A DNA stretch of 64,000 nt from the human T2T-CHM13v2.0 reference genome, Homo sapiens. Shown one piece after another: positions 42,101 through 56,200 of the stretch. The translations under genes were made by a program, and so were the position numbers. How positions within the stretch are numbered: position 1 is the stretch's first letter; each line of letters begins with the position of its first letter. Under the pieces are notes generated by a model. That model was not told where the DNA came from. It was given only the letters and a program-made list of their open reading frames with translations, and made no database searches. Location: NCBI RefSeq assembly GCF_009914755.1, contig NC_060934.1; one strand, written 5' to 3'.

Positions 42101-45100
42101 TCACAGAGTTGAAACTTTATTTTCATAGACCAGTTTTGAAACACTCTTTTTGTGGTATCCACAAGTTGACATTTGGAGCACTTTGTGGGATGTCGTGGAA
42201 AAGGAAATATGTTCACATGAAAACCAGACAGAAGCATTCTCAGAAACTTCTTTGTGATGTTTGTATTCAACTCACAGACTTGCACATACGTTTACAAAGA
42301 GAAGTTTTGAAACACTCTTTGTAGAATCTGCAAGTGGAAGTTTGGACGGCTTTGAGACCTTTGGAAACGGGAATAACCTAACATAAACTCTAGACAGAAG
42401 CATTCTCAGAAATTTCTTGTGATGTATGCATTCAACTCACAAAGTTGAACCTTCCTTTTGATAAGGCAGTTTTGAAACACTATTTTTGTATAATCTGCAA
42501 GTGGACATTTGGAGCGCATTGAGGGCTATGGTGGAAAAAGAAATATCCTCACATAAAAACTAGAGAGAAGCATTCTCAGAAATTTCTTTGTGATGTTTAA
42601 ATTCAACTCACAGAGTTGAAGATACCTTTTCATAGAGCAGTTTTGAAACACTCTTTTTGTACAATCTGCAAGTGCATATTTTGAGCACTTTGAAGCCATT
42701 GTTGGAAATGGGAATATCTTCACATAAAAACTAGACAGAAGCATTTTCAGAAACTTTTTTGTGATGTGTGTATTCAGCTCACAGAGTTGAAACTTTCTTT
42801 TGATAGAGCAATTTTAAAACACTCTTTTCGTAGAATCTGCAAGTGGATATTTGGATTGTTTTGAAGCCTTCGTTGGAAAAGCAAGTATCTTCACATAAAA
42901 ACTAGACAGAAGCATTCTCAGAAACTTCTTTGTGATGTTTGCATTCATCGCACATAGTTGAACCTTCCTTTTGATAGAGCAGTTTTGAAACACTCTTTTT
43001 GTAGAATCTGCAAGTGGATATTTGGAGCCCTTTGTGGCCTATTGTAGAAAAGCAAATATCTTCATATAAAAACTAGACAGAAGCATTCTCAGAAACTTCC
43101 TTGTGATGCAGTGGATTCAACTCACAGAGTTGAACCTTCCTTTTGATAGAGCCATTTTGAAACACTCTTTTTGTAGAATCTGCAAGTGGATATTTGGAGT
43201 GCTTTGAAGCCATTGTTGGAAAAGGAAGTAGCTTCACATAAAAACTAGACAGAAGCATTCTCCAAAACTTCTTTGTGATGTGTGCATTCAACTCACAGAG
43301 TTGAACGTTCCTTTTGAATGAGCAGTTTTGAAACACTCTTTTTAAGGATTCACAAATGGACATTTGGAGTTTTTAGAGGGCTATGGTGGAAAAGGAAATA
43401 TCTTCATATGAAAACTAGACAGAAGCATCCTCAGAAACTTCTTTGTTGTGGATGCATTTAACTCACAGAGTTAAGCATACCTTTTCATAGAGCAGTATTG
43501 AAACTCTGTTTTTGTAAATTCTACAAGAGGATATTTGGACCGCTTTGAGGCCTTCATTGGAATCGGAATTATACTCACAAAAAAACTAGACAGAAGCATT
43601 CTCAGAAACTTCTTTGTGATGAGTGCATTGAACTCACAGAGTTGAACCTTCCTTTTGAGAGAGCAGTTTTGAAACACTCTTTTTGTAGAATCTGCAAATA
43701 GACATTTGGAGCGCTTTGGGGCCTTCTTTGGAAACGGGAATATCTTCACATAAAAACTAGACAGAAGCATTCTCAGAAATGACTTTGTAATGTGGGCATT
43801 CAATTCACAGAGTTGAACCTTCCTTTTGATGGTGCAGTTTTGAAACACTCTTTTTGTAGAATCTGCAGGTGGACATTTGGAGCACTTTGAGGGCTATGGT
43901 GGAGAAGGAAATATCTTCACATAAAAACCAGACAGAAGCATTCTCAGAAACTTCTTTGGATGTTTGCATTCAACTCTCAGAGTTGAATATACCTTTCCAT
44001 AGAGCAGTTTTGAAACACTGTTTTTGTGGAATCTGCCAGTGGATATTTTGAGCGCTGTGAAGCCTTCGTTGGAAATGGGAATATCTTCACATAAAAAATA
44101 GACAAAAGCATTCTCAGAAACTCCTTTGTGATGTGTGCATTCAACTCACAGAGTTGGACCTTCCTTTTGATAGAGCAGTTTTGAAACACTCTTTTTGTAG
44201 AATCTGCAAGTGAATATTTGGAGCAATTTAAGTGTTCGCTGGAAATGGGTATATCTTCACATAAAAACTAGACAGAAGGGTTCTCATAAACTTATTTGTA
44301 TTGCGGCATTCAACTCACAGAGTTGAACATTTCTTTTGATAGGGCAGTTTTGAAACACTATTTCTGTAGAATCTGCAAGTGGATATTTGGAAGGCTTTGA
44401 GGGCTATGGTGGTAAAGGAAATATCTTCACATAAAAACTAGACAGAAGCATTCTCAGAAACTTCTTTGTGATAGGTGCATTCAATGCACAGAGTTGAACC
44501 TTCCTTTTGAAAGAGCAGTTTTGCAACTCACTTTTTGTAGAATCTGCAAGTGGATATTTGGAGCGCTATGAGGCCTATGCTAGAAAAGGAAAAATCTTTA
44601 TATAAAAACTGGACAGAAACATTCTCTGAAAGTGCCTTGTGATGTGTGCGTTCAACTCACAGAGTTGAAATTTCTTTTGATAGAACACTTTTGAAACTCT
44701 TTTTGCAGGATCTGCAAGTGTACATTTGGAGCACTTTGATGGCTATGGTGGAAAAGGAAATATCTTCACATAAAAACTACACAGAAGCATTCTCAAAAAC
44801 TTCTTTGTGATGTGTGCATTCAACTCACAGAGTTGAACATTTCCTTTGATAGAGCAGTATTGAAACACTCTTTTTGTAGAATCTGCAAGTGGAAATTTGG
44901 AGCACTTTGATGACTATGGTGGAAAAGGAAATATCTTCATATGAAAACTAGACAGAAACATTCACATATACTTCTATGTGATGTTTGCATTCAAGTCACA
45001 GAGTTGAAAATACCGTTTCAGAGAGCAGTTTTGAAACACTCTTTTTGTAGAATCTACATGTGGATATTTGTGCTGCTTTGAGGCCTTCATTGGAAACAGG

Positions 45101-46140
45101 AATATCTTCACATAAATACTAGACAGAAGTGTTCTCAGAAAGTTCTTTGTGATTTGTGCCTTCAACTCACAGATTTGAACCTTCGTTTTGATAGAGCATT
45201 TTTGAAGCATTCTTTTGTGGAAACTGCAGGTGGATATTTGGAGCGCTTCAAAACCTTCATTGGAAACGGGAATATCTTCACATAAAAACTAGAAAGAAGC
45301 ATTCTCAGAAAGTTTTTTGTGATGTGTGACTTCAGCTCGCTGAGGTGAACCTTCGTTTTGATAGAGCAGTTTTGAAAAACTCTTTTTGTAGAATCTCCAA
45401 GTGGATATTTGGAGTGCATTGGAGCCTTCCTTGGAAACGGGAATATCTTCACATAAAAACTAGACAGAAGCATTCGCAGAAACTCCTTTGTGATGTGTGC
45501 ATTCAACTGAAAGAGTTGAACATTTCTTTTGATAGAGCAGTTTTGAAAAACTCTTGTTTTAGAATCTGCAAGTGGACATTTTGAGCACCTTTAGGGTTAT
45601 TGTGGAACAGGAAATATCTTCACATAAAAAATAGATAGAAGCATTCTCAGAATCTTCTTTAAGATTTTTGCATTGACCTCACAAAGTTGAATATACCTTT
45701 TCATAGCCAGTTTTGAAACACTCTTTTTGTAGAATCTGCGAGTGGATATTTGGTCCGCTTTGAGGCCTTTGTAGAAAATGGGAATATCTTCACAAAAAAC
45801 TAGACAGAAGCATTCTCAGAAACTTCCTTGTGATGTGTGAATTCAACTCACAGAGTTGAACTTTCCTTTTGATAGAGCAGTTTTGAAACACTCTTTTTGT
45901 AGAATCTGCAGATGAATATTTGGAGCACTTTGAAGACTTTGTTGGAAAAAGGAATATCTTCACATTAAAACTAGACAGGACAATTCTCAGAAACCACTTT
46001 GTGATGTGTGCATTCTACTCACAGAGTTTAACCATTCTTTTGATAGAGCAGTTTTGAAACACTCTTTTTTTTTGAACCTGCAAGTGGAAACTTGGAGCGT
46101 TTTGAGGGCTATGGTGGGAAAGGCAACACCTTCACAGAAA

Positions 46141-46654
46141 AACTAGACAGAAGCATTCTCAGAAACTTCTTTGTGATGTTTGCATTCAACTCACAGAGTT
46201 GAACACACCTTTTCATAGAGCAGTTTTGAAACACTCTTTCTGTAGAATCTGCAAGGGAATATTTGGACCCATTTGAGGCCTCCTTTTGAAACGGGAATAT
46301 CTTCACAAAAAAACTAGACAGAAGCATTCTCAGAAACTTCTTTGTGATGTTTGCATTCAACTCACAGAGTTGAACACACGTTTTCATAGAGCAGTTTTGA
46401 ACCACTCTTTCTGTAGAATCTGCAAGGGAATATTTGGACCCATTTGAGGCCTCCTTTCGAAACGGGAATATCTTCACAAAAAAAACTAGACAGAAGCATT
46501 CTCAGAAACATCTTTGTGATGTTTGCATTCAACTCACAGAGTTGAACACACCTTTTCATAGAGCAGTTTTGAAACACTCTTTCTGTAGAATCTGCAAGGG
46601 AATATTTGGACCCATTTGAGGCCTCCTTTCGAAACGGGAATATCTTCACAAAAA
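46141..46654 (+). repeat. Three near-identical tandem alphoid monomers (171/172/171 bp)
   Basis: Shared private variants gaacacac, ctctttctgtag, caagggaatatttggacccatttgaggcctcctt. Confidence 0.92.
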
Positions 46655-47250
46655 AACTAGACAGAAGCATTCTCAGAAACTTCTTTGTGATGTGTGCATT
46701 CAACTCACAGAGTTGATCCTTTCTTTTGATAGAGCGGTTTTGAAACACTCTTTTTTTAGAATCTGCAAGTGGACATTTGGAGCTTTTTGAGTGCTATGGT
46801 AAAAAAGGAAATATCTTCACATAAAAACTAGACAGAAGCATTCTCAGAAACTTCTTTATGATGTTTGCATTCAACTCACAGAGTTGAACATACCTTTTTA
46901 TAGAGCAGTTTTGAAACAGTCTTTTTGTAGAATCTGCAAGTGGATATTTTGAGCACTCTTAGGCCTTTGTTGTAAACGGGAATAACTTTACATAAGAACA
47001 AGACAGAGGCATTCTCAGAAACTTCTTTGTGATGTGTGCATTCAACTTACAGAGTTGAACCTTTCATTTGATTTAACAGTTTTGAAACACTCTTTTTGTA
47101 GTATCTGCAAATGGATATTTGGAGCACTTTGAAGGCTATGGTGGAAAAGGAAGTATCTTCACATAAAAACTAGACAGAAGCATTCTCAGAAAATTCTTTG
47201 TGATGTGTGCATTCAACTTACAGAGTTGAACCTTTCTTTTCATAGAGCAG

Positions 47251-50200
47251 TTTTGAAACACTCTTTTTGTTGAATTTGCTAGTGTATATTTGGACAGCAT
47301 AGAGGCCTTCTTTGGAAATGGCATATCTTCACATAAAACCTAGACAGAAGATTTCTCAGAACCTTCTTTGTGATGTGTGAATTCAAGTTACTGAGATGAT
47401 CCTTTCTTTTGATAGAGCAGTTTTGAAACGCTCTTTTTGTAGTATCTGCAAGTGGACATTTTGAGCGCTTTGAGGCCTACGGTGAAAAAGGAAATATCTT
47501 CAAATAAAAACTAGACAGAAGCATTCTCAGAAACTCGTTTGTGATGAGTGTATTCAACTGACAGAGTTGAATCTTTCTTTTGATAGAGCAGTTTTGAAAG
47601 ACTCTTTTGGTAGAATCTGCAGGTGGACATTCAGAATGCTTGGAGGCCTATAGTGAAAAAGGGAATATCTTCACATAAAAACTACACAGAAGTATTCTCA
47701 GAAACTTCTTTGTGATGTGTGCATTCAACTCACAGATTTGAACCTTTCTTTTGATTTAACAGTTTTGAAACACTTTTTGTAGAATCTGCAATTGGACATT
47801 TGGAGATCTTTGAGGCCTATGGTGAAAAAGGAAACATCTTCACTTAAAAACTACACAGAAGCATTCTCAGAAACTTCCTTGTGACGTTTGCTTTCAACTG
47901 AGAGAGTTGAACATTAATTTTCCCACAGCAGTTTTAAAACACTCTTTTTGAAGAATTTGCATGTGGTTATTTGGAGCACTTTGAGGCCTTCGTTGGAAAC
48001 AGAGTACTTTTACATAAAAACTAGACAGGAGCTTTGACAGAAACTTCTTTGTGATGTATGCTTTCAACTCACAGAGTTGAAACTTTCTTGTGATAGAGCA
48101 GTTTTGAAACACTCTTTTTGTAGGCTCTGCAAGTGGACATTAGGAGGGCTTTGAGTCTAATGGAGAAAAACGAAATCTCTTCACATAAAAACTACACAGA
48201 AGCATTATCAGAAACTTCTTTGTGATGTGTGCATTCAACTCACAGATTTGACCCTTTCTTTTCATAGAGTCGTTTTGAAACACTCTTTTTTTGAATTTGC
48301 AAGTATATGTTGGACCGCTTAGAGGACTTTGTTGGAAACGGGATATCTTCACATAAAAACTAGACAGAAACATTCTCAGAAACTTCTTTTTGATGTGTGC
48401 ATTCAACTCACAGAGATGAACCTTTCTTTTGATAGAGCAATATTGAAACACTATTCTTGTAGAATCTGCGAGTGGACATTTGGAGCGCTTTTAGGGCTAT
48501 GGTGAAAAATTAAATATCTTCACATAAAAACTAGGCAGAAGCATTCACAGAAACCTCTTTGTGATGTGTGCATTCAACTCACAGAGTTGAACCTTTCTTT
48601 TGATAGAGCAGTTTTGAAACAATCCTTTTGTAGAATCTGTAAGTGGACATTTGAGCGCTTTGAGGTCGGAGGTGAAAAAGAAAATATCTTCATATGAAAA
48701 CTACACAGAAACATTCTCAGAAACTTCTTTCTGATATTTGCTTTCAACTCACGGAGTTGAACTTTCCTTTTCATAGAGCAGTTTTGAAACACTCTTTTTG
48801 TAGCATTTCCAAGTGGATATTTGGAAGGCTTAGAGGCCTTCATTGGAAACAGGATATCCTCACATAAAAAACAGAAAGAAGCATTCTCAGAAACTTCTTT
48901 GTGATGTGTGCATTCAACTCACAGGGTTGAAACTTTCTTTTGATAGAGCAGTTTTGAAACACTCTTTTTGAAGAATTTGCAAGTGGATATTGGGACAGCT
49001 TAGAGGCCTTCGTTGGAAACGGAATATCTTCACATAAAAACGAGACAGAAGCATTCTCAGGAACTTCTTTGTGATGTGTACATTCAACTCACAGAGTTGA
49101 AGCTTTCTTTTGATAGAGCTGTTTTGTAACACTCTTTTTGTGGAATCTGCAAGTGGACGTATGAAGCTCTTTGAGGCCAAAGGAGAAAAACGAATCTCTT
49201 CATATAAAAACTACAAAGAAACATTCTCAGAAACTTCTTTTTGATGTGTGCTTTCAACTGACAGAGTTGAACCTATCTTTTCATGGAGTAGTTTGGAAAC
49301 ACCCTTGTTGTTGACTTTGCTAGTGTATATATGGATAGATTTGAGGCCTTCATTTGAAATAGGATAACTTCACAAAAAAACAGACAGAAACATTCTCAGA
49401 AACTACTTTGTGATGAGTGAATTCAACTCACAGAGTTGAGTCTTTCTTTTGATAGAACAGTTTTGAAACACTCTTTTTGTAGAATCTGCAAGTGGACATT
49501 TGGAGAGCTTTGAGGCCTATGGAGAAAAAGGAAATATCTTCACTTAAAAACCACAGAGAAGCATTCTCAGAAACTTCTTGTGATGTTTGCTTTCAACTCA
49601 CAGAGTTGAACATTCCTTTTCATAGAGCACTTTTGAAACACTCTTTTTGTAGTGTTTGCAAGTGGATATTTGGACCACTTTGAGGCCTTCATTGGAAACG
49701 GAATATCTTCACATTAAAAGCAGATGGAAGCATTCTCAGAAACTTCTTTCTGATGTGTGCATTCAACTCACATAGTTGAACCTTTCTTGTGATAGAGCAG
49801 TTTTGAAACACTCTTTTTGTAGAATCTGCAAATGGACATAAGAGTGCTTGGAGGCCTATGGTAAAAAAGGAAATATCTTCACATAAAAATTGCACAGAAG
49901 CATTCTCAGAGACTTGTTTGTGCTGATTGTTTTCAACTCACAGAGTTGAACGTTCCTTTTCATAGAGCAATTTTGAAACGCTCTTTTGGTGGAATTTGCA
50001 AGTTTATATTTGTACCACTTTGAGGCCTTTGTTGGAAAAGGAATACCTTCACATAAAAACTGGACAGAAACATTGACAGAAACTTCTTCGTGATGTATGC
50101 ATTCAACTCACAGAGTTGAACCTTTCTTTTGATAGAGCAGTTTTGTAACACTCTTTTTGTAGAATCTGCAAGTGGACATTTAGAGTGCTTTGAGGCCTAT

Positions 50201-53200
50201 GGTGAAAAAGGGAATATCTCCAAATAAAAACTACACAGAAGTATTCTCAGAAACTTCTTTGTGATGTATGCATTCAGCTGAAAGAGTTCAACCTTTGTTT
50301 TGTTACAGCAGCTTTGAAACACTCTTTTTGTAGAATCTGCAAGTGGACATTTGGAGGGCTTGGAGGACTATGGTGAAAAAGGAAAAATCTTCACATAAAA
50401 ACTACACAGTAGTATTCTCAGAAACTTCTTTTTACTGTTTACTTTCAACTCACAGAGTTGAACATTGCATTTATTAGAGCAGTTTTGAAACCCGTTTTTT
50501 GTGGAATTTGCATTTCAATATTTGTACCACTATGAGGCCTTCGTTGGAAACGGAATACCTTCACATAAAAACTAGACAGAAGCACTGACAGAAACTTCTT
50601 TGTGATGTATGCATTCAACTCACAGAGTTGAACCTCTCTATTGATAGAGCAGTTTTGAAACACTCTTTTTGTAGAATCTGCAATTGGCTATTTAGAGTGC
50701 TCTGAAGCCTATGGTGAAAAAGGGAATATCTTCACATAAAAACTTCACAGAAGTATTCTCAGAAACTTCTTTGTGATGTGTGCATAAAACTCAAAGAGAT
50801 GAACCTTTCTTTTGATAGAACAGCTTTGAAACATTCTTTTTGTAGTATCTGCAAGTGGACATTTGGAAATCTTTGAGGTCTACGGTGAAAAAGGAAATAT
50901 CTTCACTTCAAAACTACACAGAAGCATTCTCAGAAACTTCCTTGTGACATTTGCTTTCAACTCATAGAGTTGAACACTAATTTTCTTACAGCAGTTTTGA
51001 AACATTCTTTTTGTAGTGTTTGCATGTGGATATTTGGAACACTATGAGGCCGTCTTTGGAAATGAGATATCTTCACATACAAACTAGGCAGAATCATTCT
51101 CAAAAACTTATTTGAGATTTGTGTATCCAACACACAGAAATGAAACTTTCTTTTGATAGAGCAGTTTTGTAACACTCTTTTTCTACAATCTGCAAGTTGA
51201 CATTTAGAACGCTTTGTGGCCAAAGGAGAAAAACGAAATCTCTTCTCATAAAAACTACACAGAAGCATTCTCAGAAACTTCTCTGTGATGTGTGCATTCA
51301 ACTCACAGATTTGAACTTTCTTTTCATAGAGCAGTTTTGAAACACTCTTTTTGCTGAATTTGCTAGTGTATATTTGGACCGCTTAGAGGCCTTCGTTGGA
51401 AACGGGATATCTTCACATAAAAAATAGACAGAAGCATTATGAGAAACCTCTTTGTGATGTATGCATTCAACTCAGAGAGATGAACCTTTCTTTTGAAAGA
51501 GCAGTTTTGAAACATTCTTTTTGTAGAATCTGCAAGTGGACATTTGGAGCGCTTTGAGATCTTTAGTGAAAAAGGAAATATCTTCACATAAAAACTGGAT
51601 GGAAGCATTTACAGAAACTTCTTTGTGACGAGTGCATTCAACTCGCAGAGTTAAATCTTTCTTTTAATAGAGCAGTTTTGAAACACTCTTTTTGTAGAAT
51701 CTGCAAGTGGACATTTGGAGAGCTTTGAGGTCTATGGTGAAAAAGGAAATATCTTCACTTAAAAACTACACGGAAACATTCTCAGAAACTTCGTTGTGAC
51801 GTTTGCTTTCAACTCACAGAGTAGAACACTAATTTTCATACAGCAGTTTTGAAACACTCTTTTTGTATTGTTTGCATGTGGATAATAGTACCACTTTGAG
51901 GTCTTCGTTGGAAACGGGATATCTTCACATAAAAACTAGACAGAAGAATTCACAGAAACTTCTTTGTAATGTGTGCATCCAACTCACAGTGTTAAACCTT
52001 TCTTCTGATGGAGCAGGTTTGAAACACTCCTTTTGTAGAATCTGCAAGTGGACATTTGAGCCCTTTGAGGTCTGTGGTGAACGAGGAAATATCTTCATAT
52101 AAACACTAAACAGAAGCATTCTCAGAAACTTACTTGTGACGTTTGCTTTCAACTCACAGTGTTGAACATTAATTTTCCTACAGCAGTTTTGAAACACTCT
52201 TTTTGTAGAATTTGCAAGTGAATACTTGGACCACTTTGAGGCCTTCTTGGAAACGGGATATCTTCACATAAGAAGCAGAAGGAAGCATTTTCAGAAACTC
52301 CTTGGTGATGTGTGCATCCAACTCACAGATTAGAACCTTTCTTCTGATAGAGCAGGTTTGAAACTCTCTTTTTGTAGAATCTGCAAGTGGACATTTGAGC
52401 GCTTTGAGGCATGTGGTGAAAAAGGAAATATCTTCACATGAACACTACACAGAAGCATTCTCAGAAACTTCTTTGCGATATTTGGTTTCAACTCACAGAG
52501 TTGAATATTCCCTTTCATATAGTAGTTTTGAAACACTCTTTTCGTAGAATTTGCAAGTGCATACTTCGACCACTTTGAGGCCTTCATTGGAAACGGGATA
52601 TCTTCACATAAAAAGCAGGTAGAAACATTCTCAGAAACTCCTTGGTGATGTGTGCATTCAACCCACAGAGTTGAACCTTTCTTTTGATAGAGAAGTTTTG
52701 AAACACTCTTTTTGTAGAATCTACATGTAGACATTTGGAGCACTTGGAGGCCTATGGTGATAAAGGAAATATCTTCACATAAAAACTAGACAGAAGCATT
52801 CACAGAAACTTCTTTATGATGTGTGCATCCAACTCACAGAGTTGAAACTTTCTTTTGATAGAGCAGTTTTGAAACACTCTTTTTGTAGAATCTGCAAGTG
52901 GACATTTGAGCGCCTCGAGGCCTGTTTTGGAAAAGGAAATATCTTCACATAAACACTACACAGAAGCATTCTCAGAAACTCCTTTGTGATGTTTGCTTTC
53001 AACTCACAGAGTTGAACATTCCTTTTCATAGAGTAGTTTTGAAACTCTTTTTTAGAATTTGCAAGTGGATATTTGGACCACTTTGAGGTCTTCCTTGGAA
53101 ACGGGATATTTTCACATAAAAAGCAGACAGAAGCATTCTCTGAAACTACTTTGTGATGTGTACATTCAACTCACAGAGTTGAACCTTTCTTTTGATACAG

Positions 53201-56200
53201 CAGTTTTGAAAAACTCTTTTTTTAGAATCTGCAAGTGGACATTTGAAGCATTTGGAGGCCTTGGTTGAAAAAGTAAATATCTTCACATAAAAACTATACA
53301 GAAGTATTCACAGAAACTTCTTTGTGCTGTGTGCATCCAACTCACAGAGTCGAACCTTTCTTTGATAGAGCAGTTTTGAAACACTCTTTTTGTAGAATCT
53401 GCAGGTGGACATTTGAGCGCTTTTAGTCCTGTGGGAAAAAGGAAATATCTTTACATGAACAGTACACAGAAGCATTCTCAGAAACTTCTTTGTGATGTTT
53501 GCTTTCAACTCACAGAGTTAAACATTCCTTTTCTTAGAGCAGTTTTGAAACACTCTTTTTGTGGAATTTGCAAGTCGATAATTGTACCAATTTGAGGCCT
53601 TTGTTGGAAACGGAATACCTTCACATAAAAACTAGAGAGAAGCATTGACAGAAACTTCCTTGTGATGTATGCATTAAACTCACAGAGTTGAACCTTTTTT
53701 TAGATATAGCAGTTTTGAAACAGTCTTTGTACAATCTGGTAGTGGACATTTAGAGCGCTTTGAGGCCAATGGAGAAAAACGAAATCTCTTCTCATAACAA
53801 CACAGAAGCATTCACAGAAACTTCTTTCTGATGTGTGCATTCAACTCAGAGAGTTGAACCTTTATTTTCATAAAATAGTTTTGAAACACTCTTTTTGCTG
53901 GATTTGCTAGTGTATGCTTGGACCGCTTAGAGGCCTTTGTTGGAAACGGGCTATCTTCACATAAAAGCTATACAGAAGCATTCTCAGAAACTTCTTTGTG
54001 ATATGTGCATTGAACTCACAGAGACAAAACTTTCTTTTGATAGAGCAGTTTTGAAGAACTTTTTTTGTAGAATCTGCAGGTGGACATTTGGAGCGCTTTC
54101 AGGGCTATGGTGAAAAAGGAAATATCTTCACATAAAAACTAGACAGAAACATTTTCAGAAACTTCTTTGTGATGAGTGCATTCAACTCACAGAGTTGAAT
54201 CTTTCTTTTGATAGATCAGTTTTGAAACACTCCTTTTGTAGAGTCTGCAAGAGGACATTTAGAGTCCTTTGAGGCCTATGGTGAAAAAGGAAATATCTAA
54301 ACATTAAAACTGCACAGAAGTATTCTCAGAAACTTATTTGTGATGTGTGCATTCAACTCACAGAGTTGAACCTTTCTTTTGATAGAGCAGTTTTGAAACA
54401 ATCTTTTTGTCAAGTCTGCAAGTGGACATTTTGGAGCTCTTGGAGGCCTATGGTGAAAAAGGAAATATCTTCACACAAAAACTGCACAGAAGCATTCTCA
54501 GAAACTTCTTTGTGCTGTTTGCTTTCAACTCACAGAGTTGAACAGTCCTTTTCTTAGAGCAGTTTTGAAACCCTCTTTTTGTGGAATTTGCAAGTCGGTA
54601 TCTGTACCAGTTTGAGGCCTTCTTTGGAAAAGGAATACCTTCACATAAAAACTAGACAGAATCATTGACAGAAACGACTTTGTGATGAGTGCATTCAAGT
54701 CACAGACTTGAATCTTTCTTTGATAGTGCAGTTTTGTAACACTCTTTTTGTAGAATCTGAAAGTGGACATTTGGAGCGCTTTGAGGCCAATGGAGAAAAA
54801 AGAAATCTCTTTACATAAAAACTACACAGAAGCATTCTCAGAAACTTCTTTGTGATGTTTGCATTCAACTCACAGAGTTGAAACTTTCTTTTGATAGAGC
54901 AGTTTTGAAGCACTCTTTTTGTAGAATCTGCAAGTGGACATTTGGAGTGCTTGGAGGCCTGTGGTGAAAAAGGAAATATCTTCACATAAAAACTACGCAG
55001 AAGCATTTCCAGAAACTTCTTTGTAATGAGTGCATTCAACTCAGAGAGTTGAACCTTTCTTTTAATAGAGGAGTTTTGAAACTCTTTTTTTGTAGAATCT
55101 GCAAGTGGACATTTAGAGTGCCTTGAGGCCTATAGTGAAAAAGGGAGTATCTTCACATAAAAACTACACAGAAGTATTCTCAGAAACTTCTTTGTGATGC
55201 TTGCATTCAATTCACAGAGTTGAACCTTTCTTTTGATAGAGCAGTTTTGAAACATTCTTTTTGTAGAATCTGCAAGTGGACATTTGGAGAGCTTTGAGAT
55301 CTATGGTGAAAAAGGAAATATCTTCACTTAAAACTACACAGAAGCATTCTCAGAAACTTCTTTGTGACTTTAGCTTTCAACTCACAGAGTTAAAGAATAA
55401 TTTTCCTACAGCACTTTTGAAACACTCTTTTTGTAGTATTTGCATGTGGATATTTTGAACACTTTGAGGCCTTTGTTGGAATTGGAATATCTTCACTTAA
55501 AAACTAGACAGAAGCATTCACAGAAACTTTTTTTTGATGTTTGCTTTCAACTCACAGAGTAGAACATTCCTTTTCATTGAGCAGTTTTGAAAAAACTTTT
55601 TGTGGAATTTGCAAGTGGATATTTTTACCACTTTGAGGCCCTCATAGGAAAAGTAATACCTTCACATAAATACTAGACAGAAGCAGTCTCAGAAACTTCT
55701 TTGTGATGTGTGTATTCAACTCAGAGAGTTGAACCTTTCTTTTGATAGAGCGGATTTGAAGCACTCTATTTGTAGAATCTGCAAGTGGACTTTTGAGTGC
55801 TTGGAGGCCTATAGTGAAAAAGGAAATATCTTCACATAAAAACTGCACAGAAGCATTCTCAGGAACTTCTTTGTGCTGTTTGCTTTCAACTCACAGAGTT
55901 GAACGTTCCTTTTCATAGAGCAGTTTTGAAACACTGTTTTGGTGGAATTTGGAAGTTGATATTTGTACCACTTTGAGGCCTTCGTTGGAAAAGGAATACC
56001 TTCACATAAAAACTAGACAGAAGCATTGACAGAAACTTCTTTGTGATGTATGCATTCAACTCACAGAATTGAACCTTTCTTTTGATAGAGCAGTTTTGTA
56101 ACAATCTTTTTGTAGAATCTGCAAGTGGACATCTGGAGCGCTTTGAGGCCAAAGGAGAAAAACGAAATCACTTCACATAAAAACTACACAGAAGCATTCC

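Larger units (their letters stand above)
27161..47250 (+). repeat. Alpha-satellite, SF5 (R1/R2)-like monomeric layer, continued
   Basis: Same monomer types as 10911-21151; intact CENP-B boxes at 29348, 32839, 34714, 38101 and 39292. Confidence 0.88.
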
